From the NCBI GenBank assembly GCA_965285935.1, contig OZ260666.1, forward strand, positions 19,530,001-19,594,000: a stretch of 64,000 nt of DNA. Reading direction: 5' to 3'. The stretch's first letter is position 1. Every line of letters begins with the position of its first letter. The notes beneath the pieces were generated by a model. The model had not been told where the DNA came from. It saw only the letters and a list, made by a program, of their open reading frames with translations, and did no database searches. Source of the DNA: Ophelia neglecta (lineage: Eukaryota). The translations under genes were made by a program, and so were the position numbers. This document shows, one piece after another, positions 1 through 15,203 of this stretch.

Positions 1-210
1 TATTATTGGGGTAGTGTCGGGACTTGTCACCCCGGTGTCAGTATAATGTGACTGGGTGGGGTTCCCTGTCTGGTGTTTACGGCAGGTACTCCAATGAGGC
101 AGCACTCTAAAGAGGGCATTGAGCCCACTGTCACAAGTATGCGCAGTGGCGATATGACCGATAAGTGTTGAAAGCCACGTAAAACCCCAAACAACAACAA
201 CAACAACAAC
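1..210 (+). mobile_element. tRNA-derived SINE, 3' part (cut by window edge) with (CAA)n tail
   Basis: Near-identical reverse complement of 12685-12880; ends aaagccacgtaaaaccccaaa(caa)n. Confidence 0.85.
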
Positions 211-1816
211 CTGTTTGTTACCAAGGTGCTACCAGCATGTACTGCAAGTCCTTTGTCTTTCTTTCAATCACGCAAATCATATTTTCACAGAAGTGTTTAA
301 GGTTATTAAAGCCCTTTGGCGTCCTTTAGCTGACCTTTTGCTTATTTCTCCATATAACAGAAAAGCAGGAGTAGGAACGAGACTTGTCGCCATGTTGCAA
401 TTTTGGATTTGGTAAATTTGGTCCATTATTAGAAAACCTAAAAGGGGCTACCCGAACTGAGCACCTTGTTCCTTGCTATCTGCTCAGGGCACGTTATGAC
501 AGGCCATACAATGGTTGCCGCTTTATAATTCAGATAATCCAAAAACAGAACCAAATAGCACCTTTTGGTTACCCGAATGCGTGTCGTTATCACGATAGAA
601 TAGAACTTGGTTGTAACAAATGAAGCAACAGTTAAGTGCATTTTATCAATTAAATCTCTTCCGGTGTTTAATGTGATTAAGAGTAAAAAAAACATAGCAC
701 CTTCTGGCTTTAGACCGACGCAATGTTGTTTCCAAACGAAGACACAATTGAATTTCCCTCATTCAGTAGTGTAAAGCTTCTATCAGTCGGATGCATGAAA
801 TATTGCATAATTATCCTTATATTCCAACATTCCCAATTTATTCTGTAGGCTGGATATATGACATTTCGTTCATAGTTTGCAAAATGACATTGTTATTCAT
901 TTCAGATTGATATTGAATGGCTGATTCGGCAATTTGATTCTAGTTGTAGGTGTTTAACTTGATTTATCACAATTAGGATGGATCGTATCTCACTATGCAC
1001 CCTTTTACATCAGAACTTCCTCATTTTGCAGCCATTAAGCCGTCGTTATAATGAGAGGTTATACCCGTTATGCCTGGGGCGAAGCACTTATTCCTTTCAA
1101 TGGCATGTTTTCTCTCACAAATTATCCAATTTACATCAGATATGGGAATTTATATTTCCTCGTAGATTCCTAAGAATTCCGTCTAACTGCTGGCAAGGTA
1201 ATTGAATAGTGGCCTATAAGACTAAGTATCCTCGCGTAAAAAAGTATAGTTAAGATAAACTGACAGATAGTTTCTATTTATTGGGACACACGATACTTAA
1301 TTTAATATTGAAGATATCATAATTAGTATTGTATTAGTTTGATTGTGATCATTGCGCAGCCCTAATTACTATTCAGAGCTTAAAGCGTCATGGATAGAAG
1401 TTTTGTAATACTAACATCAACTAACTTATAACCACCAATAGACCGGTTATAGTCATTCATTGAAGAGTAGGTACATAGTACAGAATTATAACAGGCATTT
1501 AATATGATGCTAGTAAGGAGTATCTGGGAATGACGCACACATGTGCAATGTTTATTTATTCCACCATTGGGAGTTTCCGGAAAAGGTACTGCTTATGCAT
1601 TTTCGGCTCTGACAGCTTACTAGCAGTGTCTGCAGTGGTCATAGGTCGGCGAGGGCTGTGCAAGGCACACTTGTTCCATTCCATGCCGATGCTGAAGCAG
1701 TGATAAGAAGACATTGTTTCTTCACCTTTCCGTTAACACCCTGTAGTGCTGCTTGTAGTGAAATAATGTCCAGGCTGACTAGGACTTTTTACCCCGCGGA
1801 ATAATATATTGGAAAT

Positions 1817-2023
1817 CAACCAGCCACGGCACAGATCATATATCGTCAAACCACGTCGAAATCTCCCAACCACGGCTCAGATCTGATATCGCCAAGCCTT
1901 GACACAGAATTGATATTGCCAAGCCCACGCCCATATTTAGAGTCGCCACGCGACAGCATAGACTGATTTCACCAAGCCACATCACAGATCTGCTATCGCC
2001 AATCCACGATACGAATCTAATAT
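1817..2023. repeat. Degenerate minisatellite, ~27-bp unit x ~8
   Basis: Consensus approximately gccaagccacgacacagatctgatatc. Confidence 0.7.
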
Positions 2024-5000
2024 GCAGCTGCAATGATCTTGATTAGATTTCAATTCTGACAATACGAAATCTCATATCATTTTTAATGTATATGTGAACC
2101 ATTGTTTTCCTTTTCGTTGTTCCATTGTTCAATTTTTGTCAATCCAATGGAACTCAGAAGCTAACAACAAGGACAATGCAGGTCTATTCTGAGACTAGTC
2201 ATATATAAACAGCGACGATAGAGTCAACTGGCGAGAGTTTGGCCTAACCTAAGTTACAATTAGGACCGGTTGGTGCATTGCTTCAAACCATCAGTGGCGA
2301 GACATGTGCCGTTTTTCCTGGACGGAACAAACAGTGAGAGTCATTTATCAGACGGTCGACGCTGGCTTCCCTCCAGACTTGTCAGGATTTGCATCACCAT
2401 TATTGGAAATACCTCTATTTTTCAATGCCGCCATTGAAAGAAGCATTAACAACATGGTTAAGTATGAAACCTAGCACACGCTGAGAGTGTGTGCTATATT
2501 GATGGCCAACCCATCAGCGTTATGTTTCTAAAGGAAATAGGAATCTGCATATATTCCGGTATAAAAAACCGTAGAAAATATCGCTAAAGTTTTTTCGCCT
2601 TTTGAACATATAACTAACAGATTAACTACAAATATGGGGAGAAAAAGCACTCCCACTGACTGCGCATATTCTAGCGAGAATTTGAGTTATGGTTCCCATC
2701 GTTCTCCTCTCGCTCTGGGCACGGACAATCAGTGATTGATATGGTATAATTGGTGATTGATTTGTTTCCAATTCGCGTGGCATTTCAACACAATGGTGCT
2801 AAAACAAGATGCCTCACTAAACCTATAAACACTATGCATTTAGACTTCGTTGGTATAGCATTTCAATAATCGGACACGGTTATAAGCAGTAGGCCGACTT
2901 CCCTTTTTATTATCGTCCATCCTTACAATGGTAAACGTTATTCAACTGGATGAATATCAGGAAGGATTAATTTCGTTTAGGAAACAGTAAATCTTTCATT
3001 ACTCATTTCGCTGGTTCTAAAACGATGCAACTTGGTGTCTGATTAATTTTGGCGGATTGTATACGTGGCCGACAAGGCAAATCATTGATAACGAAAAATA
3101 CATTCAGTCCTAAAACTATCCTGAACTGGCAACGGTAGCATAATTAGCTTTAAGTTTGGCAGATGAATGATGAATCCTGCATTTTGTGAAAACATGACCT
3201 TTTCACGGATTGTTTATATTCCAATTTAGCATTTTTTTGGAGGACGAGTCCTTCCAATCATTTATTGGCTGCCATGGGAACGAGTGACGAAGTTCTTAAT
3301 GTAATGATGACCTATATGGCAATAAATAAATAAAATCATAATCACGGTCACAAGAATTTCGTTTGCTACATTTGATTTGCTTTACCGGAAACGGAAATAT
3401 ATTTCAAAACGTTTCATGGACATTCAGGTCTGGTTTTAAGTATTCGTGCTATATATATATATTCGAAAGGGATATTACGATGCGGAAATATTCGTGGTTG
3501 CCATGGTTAGTGCCTGAAAACTTCAAAAAGCACTTTGCCCCTTAAGTATCAACAACCTAAGTCGACCAGTACATCATCGGAAAACATATAACTCAAGCTA
3601 CATTTTCAATTACACCTTGTTTATCATTTATTGAAATACTACGCACACATGTGCATGTTTAGGAATGAATTATGAAAAATTAAAACATAAATATGCGGAT
3701 GTCTATGTTTCAATGAAAACCGCTGGTCCGATCACCGCTTTTCCTCAACCAGAGAACAGGTGACATGTTTAGGGGGCTCAGTAAAGTAGATACTAATGTT
3801 AAATGGTAAACATGATGAAGTATGATAATTTGCTCGTACCTTAGTACATGTAATAGAATTAAACCAAAAACACCATGTGTTTGTGTCCAGTGTCTACAAG
3901 CGCATGTACTTGGTCATGCCACCGATTAAGGAGACCAAACTGACAAATAGTAAAAGTTGCACAGGCATTTATATCTCTTTTCATGTTCATTGCAATTAAT
4001 ATAAAATCTTATTTTTCATTATTTATTTTGCTTCAACATTTATTGATATTAGGGGTCATGATAGGGGCGGTATGTATCTGACGACTTCTGATAATTTGTG
4101 AGCATTTGAAATATTTACTTTACTAGGGAACCAATTAATTGACCAAAATCAGTAATAATTACCTGCTATCTGTGAGTAGAATTGTTATTCCTACCCATTG
4201 TAACGCACCTATTATCTCGCAAGTGTATCAATATGTATAATCTTATTCAGGTTTAAGAGTGGGGCAGATTCGTTACAAATAGTGTGCAAATTTAACATTT
4301 TGTGAAAAAGCATGACTTTTCAGGGATTGTACATATTCAAATATATATTTTTTTGGAGGGGGGTTTTAGTTTAGTATGTTGCTGTTGCTTCAAAACCCAA
4401 ATTAGGGAAAAGTGATGTTCAAGCCAGACCAAATTGTGTGAAGCAACGATGGACACATAATTAAATAGCGAGAATATATCAACTATTCTTTGTCCAAGAA
4501 TAGTTTGGGTCTTTGTGTATGGATAGTTAAATGTACTATTAAATTAGTTACCTTTTTGTGGTATTCATTTTGTATAGGGAAGCATGCACTTGATATCATT
4601 TTGAAAAAGAATATAAATGAGAGCTTTTTATTCCATTTATAACTGAGCCTGATTGTCTTCGGGGATATTTCCGACTGTTAATGTTAAATCCGATACATCA
4701 CTAGTGGGATTTCGGAAACGCCATTGATTGTTCACAAACACAGTTAGTCTCCATTAAGATATCGTTGTTATTATTGTGAAGCGCGTTTGGGTATGGCCTC
4801 CAGGAAGCCGACCATTCCCTGCGGAAAGTGGAACCATGTGGTTTATTGTGTAGAAAGGCAGCAAGCCACATGATTTCCATCACGCCAGTGCTTGCTCCAA
4901 AAACCTACAATATGTGTAATGAACACTGGCTTTATTTTTTTTTTAAATAATTCTACAAGGAAATTATACCGATGTCACTGGTGATTTAACAATTATTTTA

Positions 5001-5444
5001 CATATGCATCGATAGTTCACAGCGCAGAACATATACTAATCTGTCCAAATAACAATACTTATAAAACAGATTTGTAAATGATCTATGATTCTCGTATTGT
5101 TTATCTTAATTTGATTTATCCCTGACAACATTATGCAACCATGTGTTTTCGACTTGTTTTGAACTCCCTACTCATTCCCGTAAAATTTGGAGGTCCGGTC
5201 AGTTAAGTTACTAATGCTAATAACATATGAAGTGGAAGATGGCCAAACCACGAAACAAGAAACGCCATCATATGTTGTTATTCTCGGGATCTAAATGTCG
5301 CTAGGTTAGGACTACGTGTTTGACTTTGAAGGACCAGGGCGGTGGATCCTAATGATTTCGGACCAATATAATGGACTTTTTCTATTCATAAACTTACTTT
5401 ATAAATCCTGCATATTCGCCATTTGTATCAATAATAAGTAAACA

Positions 5445-5615
5445 ACATGGACATGTATATATAAATCATATGTTTATGTATAGTTAATTATATATATAAT
5501 ATCGATAGGTATGATTATATTAATCAAACCGATATGTAGAATTATATAAACCATATCGATATGTATCTATACATCATATCGATATGTATATTTGAATGAT
5601 ATCGAAAGTATAAAA
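5445..5615. repeat. AT-rich degenerate minisatellite (~23-28-bp unit)
   Basis: Recurring catatcgatatgtat core. Confidence 0.65.
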
Positions 5616-8600
5616 TATGAATTTTTTTGCCGATTTCACGTGCATCACATGGGACGCGAACAAAACACATTTATCATTAACCTAGTTGTGTTCGGCTACG
5701 TCATGTGCGTTTCACTTATGACCTTGAGAGGATCAAATATCTGTTAACGTATTCGGCCATGATGAATCATTTGGCGAACTAAGCTGAACGCTGCTTTCGA
5801 GACCTCAGGCCGCGCAGACCTGTCAACACCCGCGGGATTGCCGTGTAATCTGACATCTGTTAGCTAGCTCATATCCTAAGGGGTAGCCTTTGTTAGTCTT
5901 TTCATAGTAATCTCCAGTAATTTGGTTTCAACGAATTCCTGATTGTTTACAAGAACAAAGAAAGCGAATCAGGGGTCAACTGGAATTAACCCCATGAACC
6001 TGGCATAGTAATTGGCGTTTTATAGTATCATATTTATATGACCATCTACTTTGTTGATCATTACATACGAGCGTCGCCATTTTAGAGCATGACCCATTTC
6101 TCGGGGCTGAGTGATCAATGTTTTCTCCCTGATTGCAATAACAGAGAAATTATGGTAGAGTTACAAAATTCGGGATTACTCCATCAACTCAGTACGAACT
6201 TAACAGGGACTTTATCGTAAAATACTTTTCAGTTGTTCATGGTAACATGTCTTTTATTTGGCGACTACTTCCCTTATATATTGCCTTTTTAATTATGCAC
6301 CTTGCAAAAGATTAATACTCTTGTGAATAGCATTGTTTTACCTTAAATTAGTTTTATTAATTAGTTTTCGTGGACTGTATCTGGCGCTTCCATCATGCAT
6401 CATATTATTTGCCCAAGAATCCCGCAGGAAATCAGGATGTTCTGTAAATGAGCCGTCAACACAATATCAATTCAAAAGCTTTTGACATATTTTTATTTGT
6501 CGCCAGGGAGAACATAGGTGTTTAAAATATTTCGAACCGTGACAGTATGTGTGGTCCCCTGCTGAAACCTAGTGTTAAACAGATTGGACAATAAGGTATA
6601 CACACTATCTTTTTGTTTCTAAAACGGAAATCGAAAATTTGTGCATAGGAGGTTTTCAATATACTTATAAAAGTCAGAGGTTCTGTAATCTTTGAATGTC
6701 AGGGATAGTAGTGCATTCATGACCAAATGTGTGTAAAGCTTTTACTTATTGTTTTTAGCAGCCATATACGTATTTCTTGGATAGCTTGATCGTCAAGGAA
6801 CGACGACATGAATTACGTCATGGGACAAGTGCCGGGACCTGGCATGTCGTACATTAATTCATCGTCCACAAGGCAATGTTTCCTCGCAGAACTGACAGCA
6901 AAGAATTTATACTGACAGATATTTATTGACAGCACGTTTATTTTTTCACCCAAGGGAATATTTTCAGAGCACAATATGTCAATTACGTACATCTTATGAA
7001 AGGACTATGATCAATCGACAGCATTATTCCTGAAGTAGATGATCTTGTTAATGATACAGCCTACATATATCAAGGTTAAATGTCCATAGATGTCCAACCA
7101 TGCTAGCTTCTCTTGTGAAGGATTAGGGATAAATTACAACAATAGCAACCCATATTACCATAGATATATGCAAGCTGTTTATTCGCGTAACTAAAGAATC
7201 ACATCGTACAATCCACATATCACGAATTAGATGCTAATCATATTTTACAGCCAACGATGAATAGCACATTAGTGCAGTCGAGAGGTGAACTATTTTTGGA
7301 TGTTTCCTATGAAAACGGAAGACCAATATATAGAAGACGAAGAGCACTATTTGTGTAACCGAATCGAGAGATATTTTCATAGTCGCCCATGATGGAGTTG
7401 TTTGTTAATGAACAACCAAGGGTGCGGAAAGTGCTGGTAAAAATCCAATAAAAGTCGTTTCCATATGTGCCGAGTGGTGATTCGATCGACTGAAATATCA
7501 GAAAAAAATTAGACAAAGCCATTCGTTTGGGGCAAGCTCGCACATCAATCTTACTGACTTTGGATAAGGGGACCACGTTCCATAAGGTCAAGTGGACACA
7601 GTTATGTTACTACTTGACAGCTGAACAGCTGCTGTGATGCCATTAACATAGCAGAATAATACTCTCTGTTCTGGTGTAGTAATTTTTCTATTAAGCTTGC
7701 ACCAATATTTTCCGAAAGAAACGAACGAAAATATTTAGCTGAATAAATATCTGAATGGTAATTTCAAACAACGTTTTACACACACTGATTAACCTAGACG
7801 GTTCTGAATACTAGTGTACTGAGTTTCCAATTCCCACATTAATAAGTTCATGCCTAGCCATACGCTGTCCTGCCTTCCCCACGCCCCACAAACGCATACA
7901 CCACCCCTCCCGGCCACGTTGTGGACATAACAGAGGTTATGGTATGGTAAAAAAAAACATATCTAGAGTACGTCGCGCGGCACGGGCCGCACCTTACGCT
8001 TTCCCCATCGCACCTCACCCCTCCTCCCCGGCTCACAGACACACACCGATCTCTGTAACAATAATGTAACTGGTCAAATTAAATAGTCAGTTGCATCATC
8101 AATTTTGTTCATAACGATATCAGGAAAATTTGCTGGCATCACCCAGTTCATATTTAAGAAAAATCGGTATAGCTCCTGATTGTACTGATTCGATGATGAA
8201 AACGTTTTAATTAATCATAGGACAATGTTACAAGAGTATCCACACCTTTTCGTTTTACCGCACAATACTCGTGCAATAGCATTTTATATTCCTGGCGAGT
8301 ATTAAAGTTTGAATAACATACTTCGGGGTTATAAAAATATGAAATGTATGCATTTTTTTCGTAAAAACCTTTGCCAACTAACCACCTCCCAATGACACTA
8401 AAACCGACAGTCCAGTTTAAACTGCATCTACCACAAATTAATCAAAAATAAAACACATACGTAAGTACAATTTCTGTTGGTTTTCATAGCAATTGGCTTC
8501 TATAATAAGGCAACAGTACTTACTGTATGTGTTATAGACCACATTTGTTGGAAGGTAGAGATACGAAGTTGAGGACGGTCAGTTCACTCCCAAATCCAAG

Positions 8601-10445
8601 AATAAAGAGCTATTGAATTTTGTCCTTGTTGTCTGTGACAAAGTGTTCACTATTTTGCTGACTGGAGACGGACCAAATTAAACCACACATAGCCTGTACA
8701 TTAGAGATAGTATGAATTTGCATACATCTCCATCACGGTAATCCAGCCGTGAAATAAAAAGATGAAAGGCAGTAAGAGTTATTCCATTTCCAAATCGGGG
8801 GAATGGGGGGGGGGAGCGGAATGTCTCTCCCCCTCTGTTACAATTTGTTTGCCCACCTCCCAAGACCGACCCTAATACCATAATTCCCTTTACTAACCCC
8901 CCCTCCCCCCCTTAACTCAAAATATGTTCGCGTTACGCACGCCCACTGGTTTTCCTATCCTGCCCACCGACCCGTAGCGACCAGCAGTCTCGCAATAAAC
9001 GCAAAAACGGAAAATTTTCCTTGCTCCACACAACTCATTTATTACCCGCCTTGGCGTTCATTAAGAATTAGCTACCCCTCCAGGTGATCATTAAAAAACA
9101 CTCCTAGCATACATCCACTACTGCCATACCCCCTCCCCCAATAGCTACGGTACTTCATAAGCCCCCCCCCCCCCCCAGGTGATCGTTTAACTACATGTCC
9201 GCTCTCCTCCCCCCCATTGAAAAAAAATGACCCTTATCGGGCTGCAACACTAATGAATTGGTGTATTGCACCCCTATGGTAGATAACAGGAGATGCCACA
9301 ATGTCCATACACAATTATAAATAGTCAAGCTATAATCGAGAATGGTGAACCAAATCGGTCGTTAAACCCTTAGCATGGGGCATATTGATGAAGGCTATTG
9401 AGATATCGCTATATAAATATTTTGGAGACACTTGGCGGCTTCAGTGTCGGTTCATATTTTTGCCTCAACTATATCAGGTTGCAATTATAAACATGTGTCC
9501 CCTTGATAGAAAGAAGTATGCGACAAGCATTACCAGACTTTGTTCACATGGTAGCTAACCGTAATACTTTTTTCTGAGGTTTTACTAGATCCAGGAGAGA
9601 ATTGTATGATTAAAACGTATTGTATTAGGTTCATAGATAAAACGTATTTCTTATAATCATATAAAAATAAGCCATACTATCCAAATTGTATTCCAAACAA
9701 ACACTGTTACTCAATGACAAAATAATCAAGGTGATATTATAGCTGATTAGCAGTCCTCTTTCTTCTTGTATCTACGTTTTAAAAGGTTCAAAGTTCGTTG
9801 GGACATTTAACTCTGGATAATACTAACGAGACATGTGTTCCAATGACCTCGTAAAAAAAAGCAAAATACTTGTGCTGCCAATATTGCATGATTATATAGT
9901 TGTTGAAGGCTGCGAAATAGGGTACTCGCAAGGCCTCATTGTTTTATTACTGTTTCAAGTGCCTGCCCTTTGACTGAATGTGTATAACCAAGTCATGTCA
10001 ACAACTGGTGGATCAATACTCATGACATGCCGATGAAGGGTCACTAATGAAAAGTGTGTCGCGGACGGCAAACAAAAGCCAGTCTATGAACCGGAGGAAC
10101 AAACTAACGACCTTAAGTGGCTGTCTTTATGGTAGAGGTTTGTGTCGTTTGGCACCTGCTGGTCAACGCTTCACCTACACGGGAGACCATATAACTTCAT
10201 TGTCTTGAGAAGTGTTTCTACCAGATAGTACATATTGCATCGTTGAGCTCAGTCCATCTTAAACCTCCTAGATGATATGTCATATGTCCAGCGAATCGTT
10301 GGTTAAACCTCCAACACGAATCATGGAAACATTCGACTACTTCTCATTGCACGAGATAAGAATTCACTGTTAATGAATGTCGTTCATATCTATTTACAAC
10401 AAGGGATGATTGTAGGCCTTTAGGTGGCTGCTCCTGGGGACCGAA

Positions 10446-10482
10446 TATATGCACATTATATACACATTATATACACATTATA
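10446..10482. repeat. 12-bp tandem repeat x3 (tatatacacatt)
   Basis: Directly visible. Confidence 0.7.
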
Positions 10483-12684
10483 GATAAGGATTGCGCCCTT
10501 TGCTCTGCGAGGTATCCACTTCCGGTTTTTTCTCATTTAACTGCGCTTTATCAAACATGGCATTCATCATTCTACTTACATTCAGTAGTTTTCACTTTTG
10601 CAAATGCAAATTAAAAAAGCAAGTGAATTTGTCGGCCCTCAAGCGCTTCCTTTGCCAGTGAATGATATGGACCTCGAAGTATGTTGCTCAGAGACATGCC
10701 TCTAATGGGATATTACTGGAAGAGGTAGCGTTGCTGATGTTCCCGATGAATGACTACCGAATCACTCGACTACTGTTAATTGTAGAATTGCTTTGTCTGA
10801 CGGGAACCCACTCCCGGTTCTTCACGTTCTGTCCGCCAAACATACTGGACTTGCAATTCTATAAAAAAAAATCAACATGCGTTTATCCCGGCAGACATGC
10901 CAAATCAATATTCGAGAATATTCCGTTTAACGGTCAGTTGTAGGCCCACAAGCATTATTCTCCAATTTCCCATATGAAAATACACTTGTAATGAAATTAA
11001 CGGCCACTAAATTGAATATAACTTGCAATTTATATAATCAAAATTGGACAGATATAAACCCTTACTTGTTTGTATAACACTTTAACCGCCTTCAATATCC
11101 GTGGCATCAAGGAGCCGGTGTCGGGTGTCAATGGGATGGTGGTAGTCGACTAACGTCATGCCCTAGTACCATTCGACCGTATGCTTAAATACCTCGAGTA
11201 TTTTTACTTGATTGTTTTCTGACCAAATCTATTAGTTCTCCAACATCGATTTCTGTGGTTAATTGCAACAATCCCCTACTACTGGCGCCTACCTCTTTGT
11301 TGCGAGATTTCCAAAATTTACTTGACCTAATTCTTCCTAATACTGCCATCGCAACTTGATATTGTAACCTTAAAATAATCAGGTACGTCGTATGAATGTC
11401 GCAGCCATGCAATAAATATTAATATGAAGTGGGTGGTCTGATATCGGAATAGACATATGCTTTAATCACGTAGGATATATTGTGGTAGCCGGAGATAAAG
11501 AACCGCCGAATTCCCTGGGATGGGTGTTGGGGATTAATCATAATGTACTGGTTTACCCCTCACTTTAGATCACTTGACAGATTAAAGATATCCCTGTATT
11601 AAGCCAGGGTGCTCATGTTCGATTAAATCTGTTGCAAGAACTCCTCTTTGGCAATTTTGCGTTATAAAAATAAAGGGGAGGTCAAGTATATAAACGATAA
11701 TAAATTTCGTTAGCACTGTTTATTGGAGCACTGTTCATTGGTAATTATTTATCCTTTTCATTGACAAATTATATGCGCACAAATCAATCAAATCAATGTA
11801 CTTAGCTATGAAGTGTTGAAGAAACTGATAACTTCTCCCCTATACCTTTTTCTCGGATGCGGGTACTTCTAATGCAATTGTTGCAGCACAAACTATAAAA
11901 ATGCCGAACTTGATATTTGAAGATTTGGAAGCTTGCCACTAAATGTGGTACTTCTTTTGTAGCTTGCTGAACATTTAGCTGAACAATTTGAGGAAAACCG
12001 GATATCCAAATCAACGGTGACGGTTTCTTTGTTTAGAAAACCTTTCTTAAGAGCTTATCGTGACAGCCAGGGTGGCAAAGAAGCTTGTTGAGTGCTAAGG
12101 AACTGGGGCCTCTGTTTTACTAAGTGGAAAAGCAGTCTGCTAAATCACCTGATACAATACTGTCTGCAGACTAACTGTCTCGATCATTAAAATAATTAAC
12201 AAAACACCTTTTTCTCCTCGTCAAATCGGATGCTCATTCACCCTCCGTTGCTTTTTGTAAAACCCTGTAAATGTACTTCCTAATGTGACTAGTAAGAAAA
12301 ATGCCATCGCATTTAACTAAGATTCAAAAGGGATCTTACAGCGTCCATCTTCGCCAAACAGTAAAAATCTGTAATTTCTATAAATGTTGACATTTTATAG
12401 GTATTTCATGATTAATGTCTATCATATGTAATAAGTTGGGAAAAGCATACAATGTTAACTATTGCTTTATCCGAGGTAATGATAATTATGAATCATGTGG
12501 CTTATAGTAGACACTTAACTGTTTTGGTTGCAAACGGGGATGTTTTATTTGAGATGTATTGTGGTAAAAAATGAACCCGGGGTAGACATCCCGCATGTGC
12601 ACAATGGCGTCCATGTTGGATATCGTAAACAAGGAATCAGACATTGTACATAAAAGTGTTTCAGTAGCTTGAATTTGTCTAGGA

Positions 12685-12989
12685 TGTTGTTTGGGGTTTT
12701 ACGTGGCTTTCAACACTTATCGGTCATATCGCCACTGCGCATACTTGTGACAGTGGGCTCAATGCCCTCTTTAGAGTGCTGCCTCACTGAAGTACCTGCC
12801 GTAGACACCAGACAGGGAACCGCACCCAGTCTCATTATACTGACACCGGGTTGACCAGTCCTGATACTACCCCCGATATACCGGGCGCCTGGCAGGGGAG
12901 CTATCAGTACCAATTTTTACGTCTTAGGTTTGACGCGATCGAGAAGCGAACCCCGATCTCCCACTTGCGGACGCCCTAACCGCTCGCTT
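12685..12989 (-). mobile_element. tRNA-derived SINE with 11-bp target-site duplication
   Basis: The minus strand begins with a tRNA-like head (cgagcggttag...ggttcgcttct; A/B-box remnants), then a central domain and a caaacaac tail. It is flanked by TTTGTCTAGGA at 12674-12684 and 12990-13000, and a second copy lies at 1-210. Confidence 0.88.
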
Positions 12990-15203
12990 TTTGTCTAGGA
13001 ACCGTCAAATATTTCGATCTGAGCAAACCAAGAGTCTTATTTTGAAAATTTAAACTTTAATATAAAAAGTGCCAATCTTTATGCAATTGATCTGGTATAC
13101 ATTTATCTTCAAACTGCTGTTTGAATTAATCTACGAAATGTTCTTATGTTCCTAAAGTTCAACTGATGAAAGGAGATATACACTTAATGGTGTCATTCTT
13201 TTTTGCCATAAATACAACAGTTTGGTCATCGCACACTCAATATCACAAGTAGTATCGTTGTTCATAATATTGAAGAGATAATTTGATATCTTCACCTCAA
13301 TATAGTGTAAAGAAAACAATGGTAAAAACAGACAGTGTTTCATTATTTGTATAAATAAACACATCTCTCTCAATTTATGAATGGAAGAAATAAGCTATTG
13401 CCAATTGAGAAAGTCCGGACACATTACATTAATGTGTTTTACTTTTGCTGTAGTTGTAAGACAAATATGCATTGGCACTTCGTTAAGACAGAATGTTGTT
13501 ATGTTAGACAGGCAACCACCACTCCCCCTTGTATAATTGTAAGTTGACTCTTCCTAATAATTCAAGTCACGTCGACGCCACCAGTTCTGTCATTAGTCGG
13601 AGTCGACCTTTTCTCCATCAAAGGAAATAAACAAGCAGAGGCGAATGTTAAATTATCTGCTAATTGTATGGTCGATCTTTAATTGTTTACCAATAGTATA
13701 GGAATAAACCAATTGCCATACACACATGTGCACATGGACCTGAATATTTTTTACACGATTTGTTAAAGTGCTCCGGACGTTCAAATGAATACGTTTATCC
13801 GATAACCCTAACTGCCTAACTGTCCCGAAGTTTCATTTGTCTAAAACATATCGGCATCACGGCTTATATTGCTAATCCCTGCCAAATGTGGACTGCTGCA
13901 ATGGCTGACTTTTAATCAATAATTTCTGTTCTAGGGTTTCGGCGGTGGGCCAGTGCGCTCACAATATAGCTCACTGCCGTAAGCATTGAAAAAAAATAAC
14001 CCGGATTTTCCATTCTTTCAAATCCCACAGAGATTTACGCGTTTCCCAATAAAACACATGTTTTAAGCGCTATACCTTAATGTGAAAATACCTTTTTGGA
14101 CCGTTGCCACCCCTGTAACATTGCTTTGGTTTGAGCGACCAAAAAATATAATGGAGTAAAAGTTTGAGGATATTGAAGTTTATTATCTTAACAGGCAGGC
14201 AGGGAATATTGGCTGACAGGTTCCCATCTTAATTATCTTGTGATGGCTATATGAATCAATGTTTAGTGAAGCCTTCCTGGCTTGCGCAGCAATAAAACGT
14301 TCGCCCAGCTTTTGTTTACTGGCCGCAAGAAGACGCCTGGTGGTGTGAGTGATGATACAGAAATACATTTGACGGACGTAGTATGCCATTCTGCATTCTG
14401 TTTCACATCCAACAACTTATTCTACGATTGATATTCGACATCACAAATGTTTATGTTATTTATATTCACTTTCTCATGCACACAAACACTCATGACAACT
14501 GGGACTGGGCCAGATTCTGAACATACAGTATACATGTATTACGTTTAAGTTTAAATAATTCTGCGGCATAGGATTCATCCTGTATATTTGGTTAAAAATT
14601 ATACAAGGCAGATTTGGTTTATGGTTGTTTGGATAAACTGCTAATAAATCCAATGTTTATTTGATTATCAGGATTACTTCCTCTAGGTAAATTGGACATT
14701 TATGAACGTCACATACCATCATTGAGATCAAAGCAGACCAATAAAATCATAGAAACATGTCTATTGGGATTCAGTATAATGTTAAGTGCTCGTTACATAG
14801 TCGTTTAATGTGTGATATGCTAGGTTTATTACCAGCTTCATGACACCATTACAGCGGCAACTAACTTAACGGGGACAGGTTAACCACGGTGGTGTATCTC
14901 GTGGGCAGGAGCTCATGTCATAAGGGTTTATAGGTATCAATACTGGACACATAATGTACAAAACTATCGGGGATTTGATTGAATTATGTTTTTCCCCGAC
15001 GCCTGAACCTGAACACATAAATTCGACCTTGAAATGAAGTAGTAGTAAAATTCTGGCTGTTGGTGTCGGTGCTGCTATGACCTTCTACTTTGTTTATGAT
15101 GTAACCCATGTATTCTATGTGAACATGTGCATGATTTTAGTTTGTGTTTTTAGCTAAAAAGTCTTGCAGATACAAATAAGAGACACATACCATATACCGT
15201 TGC

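Noticed and set aside
27-224. ORFs 27-224(-), 12669-12854(+) and 12710-12913(-) with matching peptide sequence
   Set aside because: They are translations of the SINE copies, not genes.
1817-2023. ~27-bp periodic repeats (and the ~200-bp array at 19050-20214) as possible CRISPR-like arrays
   Set aside because: Units are contiguous and degenerate with no unique spacers, there are no cas genes, and the context is eukaryotic.
7307-7591. 94-aa minus ORF and a plus-strand IEDEEHYLC motif reminiscent of LINE C-termini
   Set aside because: The motif is isolated with no supporting flanking homology.
10690-10858. Minus-strand fragments resembling trypsin motifs (SPVCLA..EEPGVGS; QQATLPVISH.EAC) after an acceptor-like site
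   Set aside because: They need several frameshifts and have no GWG, His, Asp or Ser motifs nearby, so I cannot distinguish them from chance without a GeneWise/tBLASTn test.
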